Below, one piece after another: positions 1 to 13,800 of a stretch of 64,000 bases of DNA. The notes under the pieces were generated by a model. It saw only the letters and a program-made list of their open reading frames with translations. It searched no databases and had not been told where the DNA came from. Each line of letters starts with the position of its first letter. Position 1 is the first letter of the stretch. Origin of the DNA: Blastocystis sp. Blastoise (lineage: Eukaryota; Protista; Bigyra: Opalinata); assembly GCA_039096225.1 (NCBI GenBank), contig JBBPEB010000030.1, forward strand, positions 248,001 through 312,000, read 5' to 3'. Made by a program: the position numbers and the translations under genes.

Positions 1-787
1 ACTCTAGAATGATATAAGTTATATATATGAAGAGTTGTCAATAATATGTATATATATACAATTCAAAAAAAGTATAAAAAGAATGACTTTTATCGATAAA
101 AAGAAAATGTATTAAAAAAAGGAAAATTACTAGAGAATTACAAAAAACTAGAGCTAGGAAAAAAAGTGGGCGTAATTTTGTCGTTTTTTTGTCTTTTTTG
201 AGTGGAAATTTGTTCTTTGTTAAAAAAAGTGGTTTTTTGTAATTCTCTAAAAATTACGGTTTTAATTTAATTTTGAGTGTTTTTGTGAGAATTCCCTATA
301 AATAATCTAATTTTTAAAAATCAAGTTATTCTTTTAAAGTTGAGAAATAATGTATCAAATACATTAATAAATCGGTCGGTGAATGTTAAGGTATGGCTGT
401 ATTAGGGATTATTTTTTTTGGAGTAATGGGAAGAATATGTCTTTTTCCATTTTGTTCAGAATCCTTTGATTTATAAAATTCTAATTGAAAATAAGTATTT
501 ATGATATGTAAGAATATTATAAAATATGGGTTTATGATGAAATAGAAAAATAAACAATAAAAAACTATTCCAGATATTATAGAAACAAAGAAATTCATTA
601 TATTTGATGCTAGATATATTATGTTTATTGGAGACAATTTAAAATAAATTAAAGTATCCAATAATACAAGAGAAACTAATAAAATGATATAAAACAATAG
701 CAAATAATAAATAGAAAACAAAAAATATAAATAAGAAAAAAAGAAACTACCCTACTATAAAAAATAAATAATATAATATATAGAAAG

Positions 788-3700
788 TTAATAACAATTA
801 AGTTGTCTTCCGTCACTATCATATTTTAATTGTTTATTAAGACTACGTTTGAAATCAGGATCATCAATAGAAAATAGTGGTTCTTTGATAGTAAGTATGA
901 CTTCATCTTCAAGATTTTCTTTAATATAGTCAATCATTGTTGTTGGAGACATTTTTTTGTCAGAATGGATATAGTAACGAAGTTAAAGAAATAAAAATGA
1001 TTTTTATATAAATAAATTATTAATTATTTATATTATAATAATATATATATGGAAAATAAGACTATATGATAGCAAATAGATTATAAAGGATATAATATAA
1101 GCATCATTAAGTTTATCAAAAGGATCATTTGATATAGTTTTACTAGTAAGAATACTATTTCTTAATGATTCAGTCACTAATGGATTATTACGAAAAGAGT
1201 AATCAAGTTAAAGAAGACTATATGATGTTGATATATATATGTTATAATTATTATTATTATGATTAATATGATTAAATTATTATAAATATAATTATAAATA
1301 ATAATAATAAAAATAGTGAAAAAAAAAATGAATAAAATTTTAAATATAAATAAAATAGTAAATAGAAAAAAAAGGATATATATTCTTTATAGTATCCATC
1401 AAATATTTTATCAAAGGTATTCATACATACAAAATGATTTAAGCCACATGTAAATATAGATTTAATAGATGTAGCATCATTCATAGAAGGATCTTCAGGA
1501 ATAAGTTGTAAGTTATATTGAATAGGATTTGCTATATTATGACGAGCATCACGATAATCTTGACGTATATAAGGGATTTCTTCAATTGAATCAGAAATAG
1601 GTTTTGTTTGAGAAGATATTTGTGTATTTTGAGGTAGAGATGGATCCATTCGTGGTCTTCTTGTATTTCTTCTTTGAGGAAGAGGAGGTAATGTGGGTTT
1701 TACACGTAATCTACGAGGTGTCTGTGTAACAAGTGAATTTGTTGTAGTTGTTGAAGGAGATGAAGATGATGATGAAGGAGTTATTGAAGGAGATGAAGAT
1801 GATGATGAAGGAGTTGTTGAAAGAGTTGTTGAAGGAGTTATTGAAGGAGTTGTTGAAGGAGTTATTGAAGGAGTTGTTGAAGGAGTTATTGAAGGAGTTA
1901 TTGAAGGAGTTATTGAAGGAGATGATGAATTCTCCAAAAATGGAGAATTATAAGAATATATTGAATAATAATGTCTAGCTATATATATAAATATTATAAA
2001 TTATATATAATAATGATATTTTCATAATAAATCATTATACTCATACTAAATATATTATTCTTATATTACAACATATTTCAAAAAAGAAAATAATAATAAT
2101 AATATACCTTCTTGTTCTTGGTCAATATCATCTATATTTAAATCAGTGACAATATGATCATGAATAGAAAGTTGTTGTTCTTGTTTCTTTTCCGTTCTAA
2201 TTACATATTTCTTTTGTTCGAAACATGTGAATTCAGGAAGAATTAAGATTCGTTCTAAACGTCTTGCAAGATACATCATTCTTTTTAATGCTTCAATTTG
2301 ATATACTATAAAAGGTATTAGAAAATAGCTTGTAATAAAAAGTCAATATAAAATATGAAATGCAAATATATATCTATATATATAATAAAATTCATGTAGA
2401 AAATATATTCAATATGAATATATGGAAATACCTTTAGATCCTTTATATTTATGTAACGTAAAAGTAATATATTTATTCTTTGAGTTCTGATAATAATCAT
2501 TTATTTGATTAAAGTAGTATCCTAATTCTTTAATTCGATATATTTTGGCATAAGATCCAACTATCCAATTATTATGTAATATAACACAATGCTTACCTAT
2601 ATATACATAGAATTCTATATGTATATAATAGTATAGTATATTTAATAACAATATAATAGTATAGTATATTTAATAATAATAGATATAATAAAAATAATAT
2701 AATATAATAAATATAATAAAATATAATAAAATATAATAAAAACAATAAAATATAATGAATATAATAAAATATATACAAGGAAGTTGATGTAAGAAATTAA
2801 AATGTTCAATATCAAAAAAGTCTTGTCCCGTGGGAAATCGACTGAAATCAAGTTCGCGAACAGATAGATGTTCAGGATATAATCTATAAATAGCTTCATT
2901 AAGAACTAATTGTTGTCTTAAAGTATGTGCTCTATATAAGTCCCATGATAAATATAAACATTGAAGAGTATTATAGGTAGGACGCAAATACCTATAAAGA
3001 GAAGATTATATATATAAATATATGAAAACTATACATATAAATAAAAAAAATTACTAATAGAATAATAAATTATGAACAATAAAATAATAATAAACAATTA
3101 TATACATGAATCCCGTATTAATTTCCTTAAATGGAGAATATAATTCCATTTGAACTGTAATATCATAATAATCATTCATATAATATAATGGGTTTTTAAA
3201 GAATATAATATCAACATCTGTAAATAATACTTTATACCCAAGAGAAAGACAATGAATAATGGCTAATGTTTTCATATTCACTTTATGAGCAAAAGATTGA
3301 TTACCGAACAGTGCGTCATCTTCATCTATTTTTATAGAACCAATATTTAATAAACTAGACTCAATTCCATATTCTAAAAGCTCCTATATATAATATATAT
3401 AACTTATTCTTTATAAAATATAAAATAAACAATATATAAAAATATAATTAGAGAAAACGAATATAGTATTTTATCAATTTACAAGATAGCAAACATGAAT
3501 AATATAATAATAATACTATACATAAATACATCATAACTCTCAACATCTAAAACAAAAGGTAAGAAATTTGTGATTTTTAAAGGAACAATACTACTATAAT
3601 AGAAATTCAGAAAATGATTTATATAAGAATGATCAAAAAAACAAATAATAATTTGATTTTGAATTGATTTCTTTGCTAATAATTCCTTTAGAGAATAATG

Positions 3701-4442
3701 AGGAAGTGGAATTGTATATTTAAAGCCTTCAGGTAAAAATACATTGTTCAATTCCAATTCTTCTGGATTCACTTTTATAGCAACATTCTTATAAGAATTA
3801 CTATATATTGTTTGTGTGTCTTTTACATCGTTATTCTTATCATTTGATTTCATATTTTGAGGAACTTTTTGATTCTTTTCCATAGCTTTCTTAAGTTCTA
3901 ATTGTTTTCGTTTCTCAATATCATCTTCACTTTCAAATGGAAGATAAGGAAATGTTTTGTGAATAAACTCAATCTTGTTCTCTTTCGCAGCTTTATCAAA
4001 TTCTTGATCTAATAATGATTTTCGTTTTCTTGTTCTTTTAAAACCAGGATCTGTACCTTGAATTTGACGATAATTCCTATTTTATGAATATATTATTATT
4101 TCATATACTTTAATTATATATTTCCAGCTAATCATATACTTTATATTATCAAGAATCTGACCAGTTCCAGAATCATCATATACTAAAGGATAATCTTGAC
4201 TATTCTCATAAATTGTATTTTTAATTACTATGTCTCTATCACTCACTAGTTTCTTTGGTAAATTACTTGATGTATATTGATGAGTTAACAATGACTATTT
4301 TCATTAAATGATATTAAAAATTACATACATTTTGCCTTAACATAAGTATAGATGAACATAGAAGATACAGTGCAAGTAGAACAGCTAATATCTCCAACTT
4401 CATGATAAAATTGTTAGAAATAGAATACATAAATAAGTTCAT
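788..4442 (-). CDS. Nucleotide-diphospho-sugar transferase (GT77-like, XEG113/RRA-related), type II membrane protein, 10 exons
   Basis: Spliced ORF has an N-terminal anchor (LEILAVLLALYLLCSSILML), a DxD motif in KVLFTDVDIIFFKNP, INTGFMYLRPT, VILHNNWIVGSYAKIYRIKELG, RILILPEFTC...FTCGLNH...YKEYSFRNNP, and stop TAA at 790-788. It has seven GT-AG introns and two AT-AC introns. An alternative start ATG lies at 4403. Confidence 0.85.
974..1093 (-). other. U12-type (minor spliceosome) AT-AC intron, 120 nt
   Basis: 5' end ATATCCTTT; branch-site TTCTTTAAC (990-982); 3' end TTAC. Removal joins DAYI|YIHSDKK in frame to the stop codon. Confidence 0.9.
1199..1379 (-). other. U12-type AT-AC intron, 181 nt
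   Basis: 5' end ATATCCTTT; branch-site TTCTTTAAC (1215-1207); 3' end TTAC. Removal restores KEY|SFRNNP, matching the family-type RE[HY]SFLxNP motif. Confidence 0.92.
1748..1925 (-). repeat. Coding 12-nt tandem repeat encoding PSIT/PSTT and poly-Ser (mucin-like)
   Basis: GAAGGAGTT(A/G)TT units on the + strand; translation SPSITPSITPSITPSTT... Confidence 0.9.
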
Positions 4443-5452
4443 GGGGAAATAAAAAATCTCAGTACTCTTTTACATTATTTAAATGATTATAACGTCTTTT
4501 TTTATTATCCCTTTATATATCCATCAATAATCTCTTTTTGTTGATAATCTTATAGGATAAAGATCTCTATTTGCCTAGATCCGCATTTACATGAATACTT
4601 TTGATTATTCATTGATTCAATGAATGTTACACATTTAAATATGTATATATATGTGTGTTTTTTATATATAAAATCATATGTATATAATAAGTTGATAAAT
4701 GAATAGATGCATACTATATAAAATGAAACATTTTTTTTTTGAAAATTTTGAAAATTATTTTATTTAACATTCTGGAGTTTCAGAATAAATATTATTAGAA
4801 TATTTAATTAAAATTATTGTTTGACTTATTTCAGTTGTTTTATATCCTTTTCATATCTCCTGTATTGTTATTTCAATATTTGGAGAAGTTATTTTTGAAA
4901 TTATCACAAAAAATAATAATATTGGACAGCCATCATTTTATGTGTTTTAAGATGTAATGCAAAGAAATGAATGACCTATATCGAATATGAAGAATACATA
5001 ACTTGAGTAAAATTACAGAATTTAGTTTTAATTGACGTTGATATTGTTAGATTCTTTTATTAAAAATAATCAGCATGATCTGAATTCCACTATAAAGTGA
5101 ATAGAGATGATTGAAGAATATGTTTTCTGATTCCATTGACAAAAAATAATAAAAAGCAATTGTTTTCTTTAAAATAAACAAATAAAAATAAAACCATATC
5201 AAAAAATAGAATCATGTATGTAATATAGAATGTAAACAAAATTAATTATAAAAACAAGAACAAATAAAGAGATTACTCAATATTTCTCCCCCAAAAAACA
5301 AGAAAATTGCGTTTATAAAACAAATAAAAAAACATATCTATTATGCATTTACACAAATATAAATAAAAATATATATACAATTAGTTTTAAATTTTTTCTC
5401 TCAAATAGAATTCTTTCTTAAATAAAGAAGAGGATAAGAAGAGTGATATGTT

Positions 5453-7069
5453 TTAGCCAAGAGTAGCTGGTAATTCAATAATAGTTTCATCAGATTCATC
5501 AATTGAAGGTAAGGCATCATCATGAGAAATATATTCGAGAATTGTGTTCACAAAATCGAGATCTGTATCTCCTACAATAACAATATCAAAATTAGATACA
5601 TATTGCTGTTTTCTTTCTTCAATACTATAGATAGATATATATACTAATTGCATACTCAAAAGAAGAGATAAATTGATAATTTAAAAGGAAATAAAATGAA
5701 TATCAAAATAGACTTATGAATAAAAAAAAAACTGAATAAAATAATGAATAAAAAAAATGAATAAAAATGTAAAAAAAAGAAAAATGAATATAAAAAAAAA
5801 TGAATATAAAAAACTGAATATAATAAATAATAACGAATAATAATAAAAAAGAAGAGAAATATATCATACTCATCATTAAGGAATCCTACAGTAAGTCGAG
5901 TAGTAAATTCCATTCCTTGAGACATATCTAAATCACCAATATTATCTCCCATGAGAATTATATTTGGTCTGTTCTTCAGACGATGCGCATAAGACATTTT
6001 TCTCATATTTTTTGTTAAAGATGTAATAAGATCATTACTGAAATGATCTAATTCTTGTTTCTCATTAAATACCATCTTATTCGAAATCAACTCAATACCA
6101 CTATTCTTCTCTACTTTTATACCGCATTTTACTTCTAATAAAGCCTATAGAATATAGATTTTTAATATTTTATAATATACATATATATTTTAGTATATAT
6201 ATATATATTTTTGGTATTAGTATTTAGAATACAAAATAATAGTATAATATATATATATACATCAAGTACATCAGCTAGACCTGCTGAAAACACTAAAACA
6301 GGAATCTATATATATATTTATTATAAAACATATGTTTAGAATGTATTTTTATAATCTCTAAACATAAAGAATACAAAAAATAAATAATAAACAATAAACA
6401 ATAATAAATAATAATTTACCTAAAAAAATAAACAATAAATATACTTTATGATAAACACAGTGTTTGATTAGATTGGTAGTACTGGGTCGAAGACGTACAT
6501 CGGCATCTTTAACAGCTTCCATAATATCATTCTTTGTGACTTTCTCTTCTATCAATAGAGCATGCGCTTTATTCCACCATTCATCCATTTTCTCCATCTT
6601 CTCTTCACGAGTCAAACTAGAATTGTAGATAATTATATATTGATTACAAATAATTTATATACGTTGTAGAGATTTCCATAGGATAGTATATTTTCTATAT
6701 ATATAAATATATATATATAAAATAAAATAATAATAGTAATACAAAAAAAAAAATACTTGTAATTGACTCGCATTATCATGATAATGTTTTGAGAAAAGCT
6801 TACATTGTTCAAGAATACCATGAGAGGAAGGATTACGAACATTCTCACTTTTCCAAAACGTAGATAAAGTATAATCAAAATCAGTAACAACCTATTCATA
6901 TAGAAATAAATATAATATATAGCAAAAATTGATAAAGTAAAGCCATGCTAAGATAATAACTACATACTTGAAGTTGTGAAGGACCTCCTTGTTTCAATTT
7001 GTATAGAATGTTTTGGAATTTCTCCATATCTCCAATAAGAATATTCTCAGGTATAGCTAACTTCTGCAT
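5453..7069 (-). CDS. NT5C3: Cytosolic 5'-nucleotidase III / pyrimidine 5'-nucleotidase (HAD family), 7 exons
   Basis: GGPSQLQ|VVTDFDYTLS (HAD motif I), KMDEWWNKAH, IPVLVFSAGLADVL, ISNKMVF, NIILMGDNIGDLDMSQG, VGFLND, FDIVIVGD. All six introns are GT-AG and in frame. Confidence 0.93.
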
Positions 7070-7843
7070 TTTCAATGATATAAAAATATAAACTAGTATA
7101 GAACAAAAAATAAAATGAATTAAACTTATAAAGAAAAATATTATGGAAAAAGTGAAGAAACTGGTTCACTTTGAAACAGATTTCACGATTATTCTTTTTT
7201 ATTATTTTTAGTCACATATTCACGAAAATCAGTTTTTACAATTCAATAGAAACAAGAATTGCGGTTTCCAATATTTGTGTTTCCGAGAAACAAATAAAAG
7301 TTCTCATTCTGTGTACCGTATTTATTCTCCAAATAATAGGGAAACATTTGTTTTTTCCATGGATATAGAGTTGTTGGGGAATTTGTTTCATAATTTTGAG
7401 AGTATAACATTTGATATTTATTTTAAAGCTTCTTTTTTTGTATACGTTGATTTTTTAATTTTATTATGATTGTATTCTATAGGAGACGTAGTACTTATTT
7501 GTTTATAGTCAATAAATGAGCATTTTATTCTCAAAAAAAATAGATATTGATTATTCCATAAAAGTATTCGTATATTGTTGAAACTGTATTTTCTATGAAC
7601 CAATCACAGGACAGTACAAAGAAGACAGAGATTTCCACGGTTATCTTGATAAATCAAGTCATTTTTTTAGATTTCTATTTTGGATAGAAACCTTTAGTGT
7701 CATGCTAGTTTCGTATCAAATATTTTTTAACTGAATATTTCTCTTTGAATAGAAGAGTATCTACATAAATATTTGGTTGGTATGTTATACTTATCGATAA
7801 CTAACTGGTTTATAGATTGATTTTTCCATATATTGTTTTTTTC

Positions 7844-10800
7844 ATGTACAAGCTTGCTAATTTGTTGCTTTTAGCGGTGATCTTCACTGTTGTTTATGCT
7901 GGATGTCCTGCAAAAACCATTCCAGTGACATTTCAAACCTTTAAAGAATACGATAATATGACGTGGATAATCTACGGTTTCTTAAATGGAAGTTATCATA
8001 AATTCTATGTTGGTGAAGATGGAGAATATAATAAAGTTTCCATTGTTGATTATTGTATTGAAGAGAGTGACAGTCTTACTTATGGTATTAGTGCGTCCTT
8101 AAAGTATGATTTTATTTTTATTTTTTTACAATATATATTTTTGTATGCAACGAGTATTATTGAAAAATAATAATAATTATTTTTAGAAAAGCAAATAAAA
8201 CTGCACCTAATTATATTCGTGTATATGCTGCTTATGGATTATTCTTATTAAGAGTTAATGTTTATGATTCTAAATCTGTTGATGCTTCTTTCTCATGTAA
8301 GTTAATTGTTTTTATTCTTATTTTTTATTCTATATTTATATTTTTAATGCTTTTATACTATATGTTTTATACTATTTTTTTTATACTATATTTTTATATT
8401 ATTTTTAAATATATATATATTTTAGTATAATATATTTTAGTATAATATTTTTTATTATATATATTTTAAAATATGCATTTCTTATAGTAATGGATTCAAT
8501 ATCTATAAATCAACAATATCGTTATACAACAACTCAACCCCTTGATACATGGACAACTTCTTCTTTCGATGATTCTACATGGAATACTATTCAAGGAGGA
8601 GCATCACTTCCCAATCCTACAGGGAAATATTATTATAGAGGATTATTCAATGTTAAATCTTCTAAAGAATATGCAGGAGCTGTTCTAGGTCTGAGTTATT
8701 CTGGTATTGTTCATGTTTATATTAATTCACATTTAATTTGGAATAATGAAAAAGGAGATACGTATGAACTATATGGCTAAATTAAATATTTAAAATTAAT
8801 CTTTATTTTTTTTGATTTATTTTAAAATAAATCATTTTTATTATATTTTAGAATGAATTATTTTATATATATTTATATAGGACAAGTGTATTTAGTTTTA
8901 CAACTGATTATATGAGGTATATATTTATATATATATATAGTTATTCAAAAGTATCTTTTTATCTTTATCTATATATAGACTTTATTTAAATGGATATGTA
9001 TTAAAAGATTCAAATCTTATAGCTATTGAATATACGCCTAATTCTTCACCTACTGCTACTCATTTCAATGCTTTATCTTATGTACTTGTCGCTAATTATA
9101 ATAAAAGTATTTCTTTGATAATTATTTATATATGTTCTTATTTTTCAAATAAAAAAAAATATATTTAATTTAATAATAATTAGTTGTATACATTTTTTTA
9201 TATATTATATATATTATATTTACATTTATTATATATATTATATATATAATATTTATATTTATTATATTTATTATTATCACTATCTTTATAACAATTTACA
9301 TATATATATATCATAGTGTGTGCATCTGTTATTGATACAATGTCTATTTCTTCTTCTCCTTCTACTGCTGGTCTTGAACGTCTTATCGATGGAAATGTAT
9401 ATACAGAATGGGAGTCCTTTACTGCTTGGGATACTATTATTACTATGAATATGCCTGCTAATACGTATTTATATATTCATATATATATATATATTTTCCA
9501 AATATATTTTTCAAACATATTTTTCAACTATATTTTTTTAATCTTTTGTTATTCATATTAATGATTCTATCATTGTTCTTTATTATATATTTATATACAT
9601 TTATATATAATAATCTATTTTTTAAAATAATAAATATAGTTTTATTCAAGTAAATACATATGGTATATCTACTGCTAATAATGCTACTGATTATCCAAAT
9701 ACATTCCATGTTTCAGGACAAGATATATCTACTCAACCTTATCAAATATTATCAGATTATAAAAATCAAGATTATGAGCCATTTACAGAGAAAATCTTTG
9801 ATATATATGCTAATTTCCATTTTTATTCTTCATTTAAACTTCAACTTGAATCAAGTATATAAATATATATATATTATAATTTAATTCTTTTATCAATTAA
9901 TAACTATAGTTATATTATTGTTATGTAATAACATATTAAATAGAATAATAATATATATATATCTATATATATAGAAGATGTTGCTCATAATCGTATTACT
10001 ACAGTAACTGATTTTAATTTATATGTTTGTAATATTGTTCCTAAAGTTTTTGAATATGATTCATATAATAAATTAACTTATAGAAATATTCCTATATATC
10101 CAGATATTCTACCTGTATATAAAGGATTTAGAAATATTACTATTTCTCCTCCTCTTCCAAGTGGGTATACTATTGATCCTTATACTGGTGGTATTAGTGG
10201 TATTGTATGTACTATAATTATTATTTGATATATTCATGATATTATAATGATATATAAATTATTTAATAAATATATATATAAATTATTTAATAAATATATA
10301 TATAAATTATTTAATAAATATATATATAAATTATTTAATAAATATATATATATACTATATATAGGATCATTCTATTCTCCCTGCTACTGCATATACTATT
10401 ACTGCAACTATTCCTTATTTTACTTCATTTAAGATGGATCTTACTGTTGATGTTTGTTCCTATTCATTGTTAAAAGTTATTCGTGATTTCGGTAATTCTA
10501 CTAGTTATACTGAATCCTTTAATATAACTGCATATATGACAGGTGCATTACTTGTAGGACAACCTCCTAATAATAAAGATACCATGGGAAAGAAAACTAT
10601 ATATTTATTTTGTGCTATGCCTGATGATTATAATATATCTCTGTCAAATACTATGTATATATTGATAATTTTAAACAATGAATAATTATAATTATTATTT
10701 TATATATAATAATACATTAAAAATATTTATAATATAAAAAAGAACTCTTATATAAATAGTTCTTATACTAATAAATCAAAAATATTTATACTATAATAAT

Positions 10801-13800
10801 TATTCTTATAATTATAGTGTTTATAATGATATTAATATATAAATATATATATATGTAGAAATAAAGTTGAACAAGATTGGGGAGAAGGTTCTTCTTTAGA
10901 TGTATATATACAAACAACAGAGAATGATGGTCGATTAGAAGATATGTCGAATACAGATCTTCTTATCTCTACTTCGTATAATACTCTATCCTATAGCAAT
11001 CTTTTATTCTCAAGTATATAACGATATATATATATATATAATCATATATTACTATACAATACATTATTTTTTCAATACTTTTAAAAATAATTAAAAAAAA
11101 TAAAATTGCATATCTAGTTATTTTTTTCATTTAATTTTTATATTACTCTAAATATGCTTATACTCTATATATTATAGATGAACGTTTTGTGAATAGTTAT
11201 TCAACATGGTCCTATTTATATGGAACAATAGTTGATAATTGGTATGGTATAGATTTTGATGATTCTAATTGGCAGAAAGGAAAAGGAGCGGATCTTGGAG
11301 GTAACAGTGGTATTGAAATCTATAGACAAACTTTTCAAGCTAAGAATTTCGATATATATGGTGGTTCTGAAATACGTGTTACTTTTATTGGTGGTATTAT
11401 GATTTATATTAATAATAAAAAAGTATTCACTTATAGAATTCAAGAGTATATATATATATTCAATGATTTTATAAATAATATTAACTTTTTTTTCAATGTT
11501 TTATATTTATAGACCTATTACTACTACATCTACTCCTACTGGAACTTATGAAGAAACCAAATATAGATTGTATATTTATTTATATATGATCACTATGTTT
11601 ATATATATATATTTTTTGTTTATATATATTTTGATTTATAACCTATTTATATATATATATATAGGATAACAATTCCTTCTATCTATTTACAACCTGGTCC
11701 AAATGTTATAGCTATATTATTATTAAACCCTGCTTCCATATCTGTAAAGACATCATTCGATCTTACTCTAAGAGATCATGGATATGGTATATTTATATAT
11801 AATATATATTACAAATTATTATATAATATGATATTATATTATATGGTATATATATATATAAATTATTATATAATAATATAATATATATTACAAATTATTA
11901 TAATTATTTACTACTAATATAATATATGTATATTTGTATAGGTCCTTCTGAAGTATTTAAAAATATGGATATTACTATAATTGATGATGAAAAAGATAAA
12001 GTATTAGATAACCATGAAATACTTATTACTTCTAAAGATGATGAGTATATATATATAGATATATATATATATATATTCTATGAATATGTATTTTTTATTT
12101 AAATAAACAGATAAAATACACAATACTTTTTATGTTTTTAACAATTTAAAAAAATATATTTTATATATATAAATCTATATATATAGATTTTCTTGGGTTT
12201 CTATGTTTACATTCTTTATACCTGAGAAAATAACTGGCCTTGTAAAGATTCCTTCTTCATTTATATTTCAAGGTTATGATAAAGATACAAATACATGGAT
12301 TGATTTATTAGTTCAAGAGCATATACAATGTGAACCACCTTATAAAGAATTCTATTTATATGGAAATATGTTAATTACAAATCAATATAAAATAGCTAAA
12401 GCTCATTCTAGTTCAGGACTTCTTAATATTAATAAGATTCGTTTATATGCTTCTTCAACTTCTATTCGAATTCCTCCTTTAAAAACATCTTCTTCTACAT
12501 ATTCTGAATATATAAATACATATATAACTTTAATACAACCTTTACAATATACTGCTTATTTTAATTATCAAATAACTCCTCGTCTTCCAAATGGAGTTAC
12601 TTTTGAAAATCGTTATGGACGTATAACTGGTTTAATTAAAGAAATTTTACCCTCAACTGTATTTTTTATTACTGCAACTCTTCCAAATCGTACTTCAACT
12701 ACATGTAATTTCACATTAAGTACAAATTATTGTGATTCTTCAAAGAGTTTTATTTCTTTAAATTTCTATTATAATCCTTATAATACACGTGTTGGATTTG
12801 GTATATTCATGGGAATTTCAAGTGGATTACCTATGATGTCTGTGGACCAAGTCTATCAACCTTATGAAAATTATATATATATTGTTATTTTTTTTATATA
12901 TATATATTTTTATTTTTTTTCTTTTCTTTTATTTTTTAATTTATTATATATAATTTTATTTTAATTCACGTCTATTATAATTATAAATATATATTATTTC
13001 ATAATAATAATAATATTATTATTAAATATATAAATTAAATAAATAATATATAGAATAAATGTATATATTATATAGTTCTGCAACAGTTCCTCGTTATGAT
13101 GAATCTACATTGTTATATAGATCTTACCCTATGTGTTTTTCAAATGGTTATTATCGTTTTAAACCTGTGTATTCATCAACTGAAACTCAATATATAAATT
13201 CATTTTATCTTGGAAATAGTGTTGGAAATTCTTTAGCAAGTCATAAATTATCTTCTGATGACTTATCCATTCCTATAGATATTAATGATTGTTTAAGAAG
13301 AAGAGTCACTAAATATCGTTATACTACTACTGATAATACTATTAATACTGATTGGAAAGAAAATAATTTTGATGATTCTCAATGGAAAGAAGATGTTGAT
13401 GGTGAATGGAAAGGAACTGAAAAGAAACTTTATATTCGTACTAAAGTATACTATTATTATTATTTTAAATTATTATTAATTAATATATGTTTATATAATG
13501 TTTTTTATTGTTTAATTAATAATAATTATATATATATTAATAGCATATTATGAATATATATAATATAATATATTAATAGCATATTATGAATATATAATAT
13601 ATAATATAATATATATAATATAATATATATAATATAATATATATAATATAATATATATAATATAATATATATAATATAATATATATAATATAATATATAT
13701 AGTTCAGTTTAAATGATGTATATGATCATTCTGCAATTAATTTTAAATTTCGTTGTGAAGGATCTGCAAATATATATTTAAATCAAGAATTAGTATATCA

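Noticed and set aside
1693-1978. + strand ORFs with VIEG / KELL repeats
   Set aside because: Antisense shadows of the PSIT/PSTT coding repeat on the - strand.
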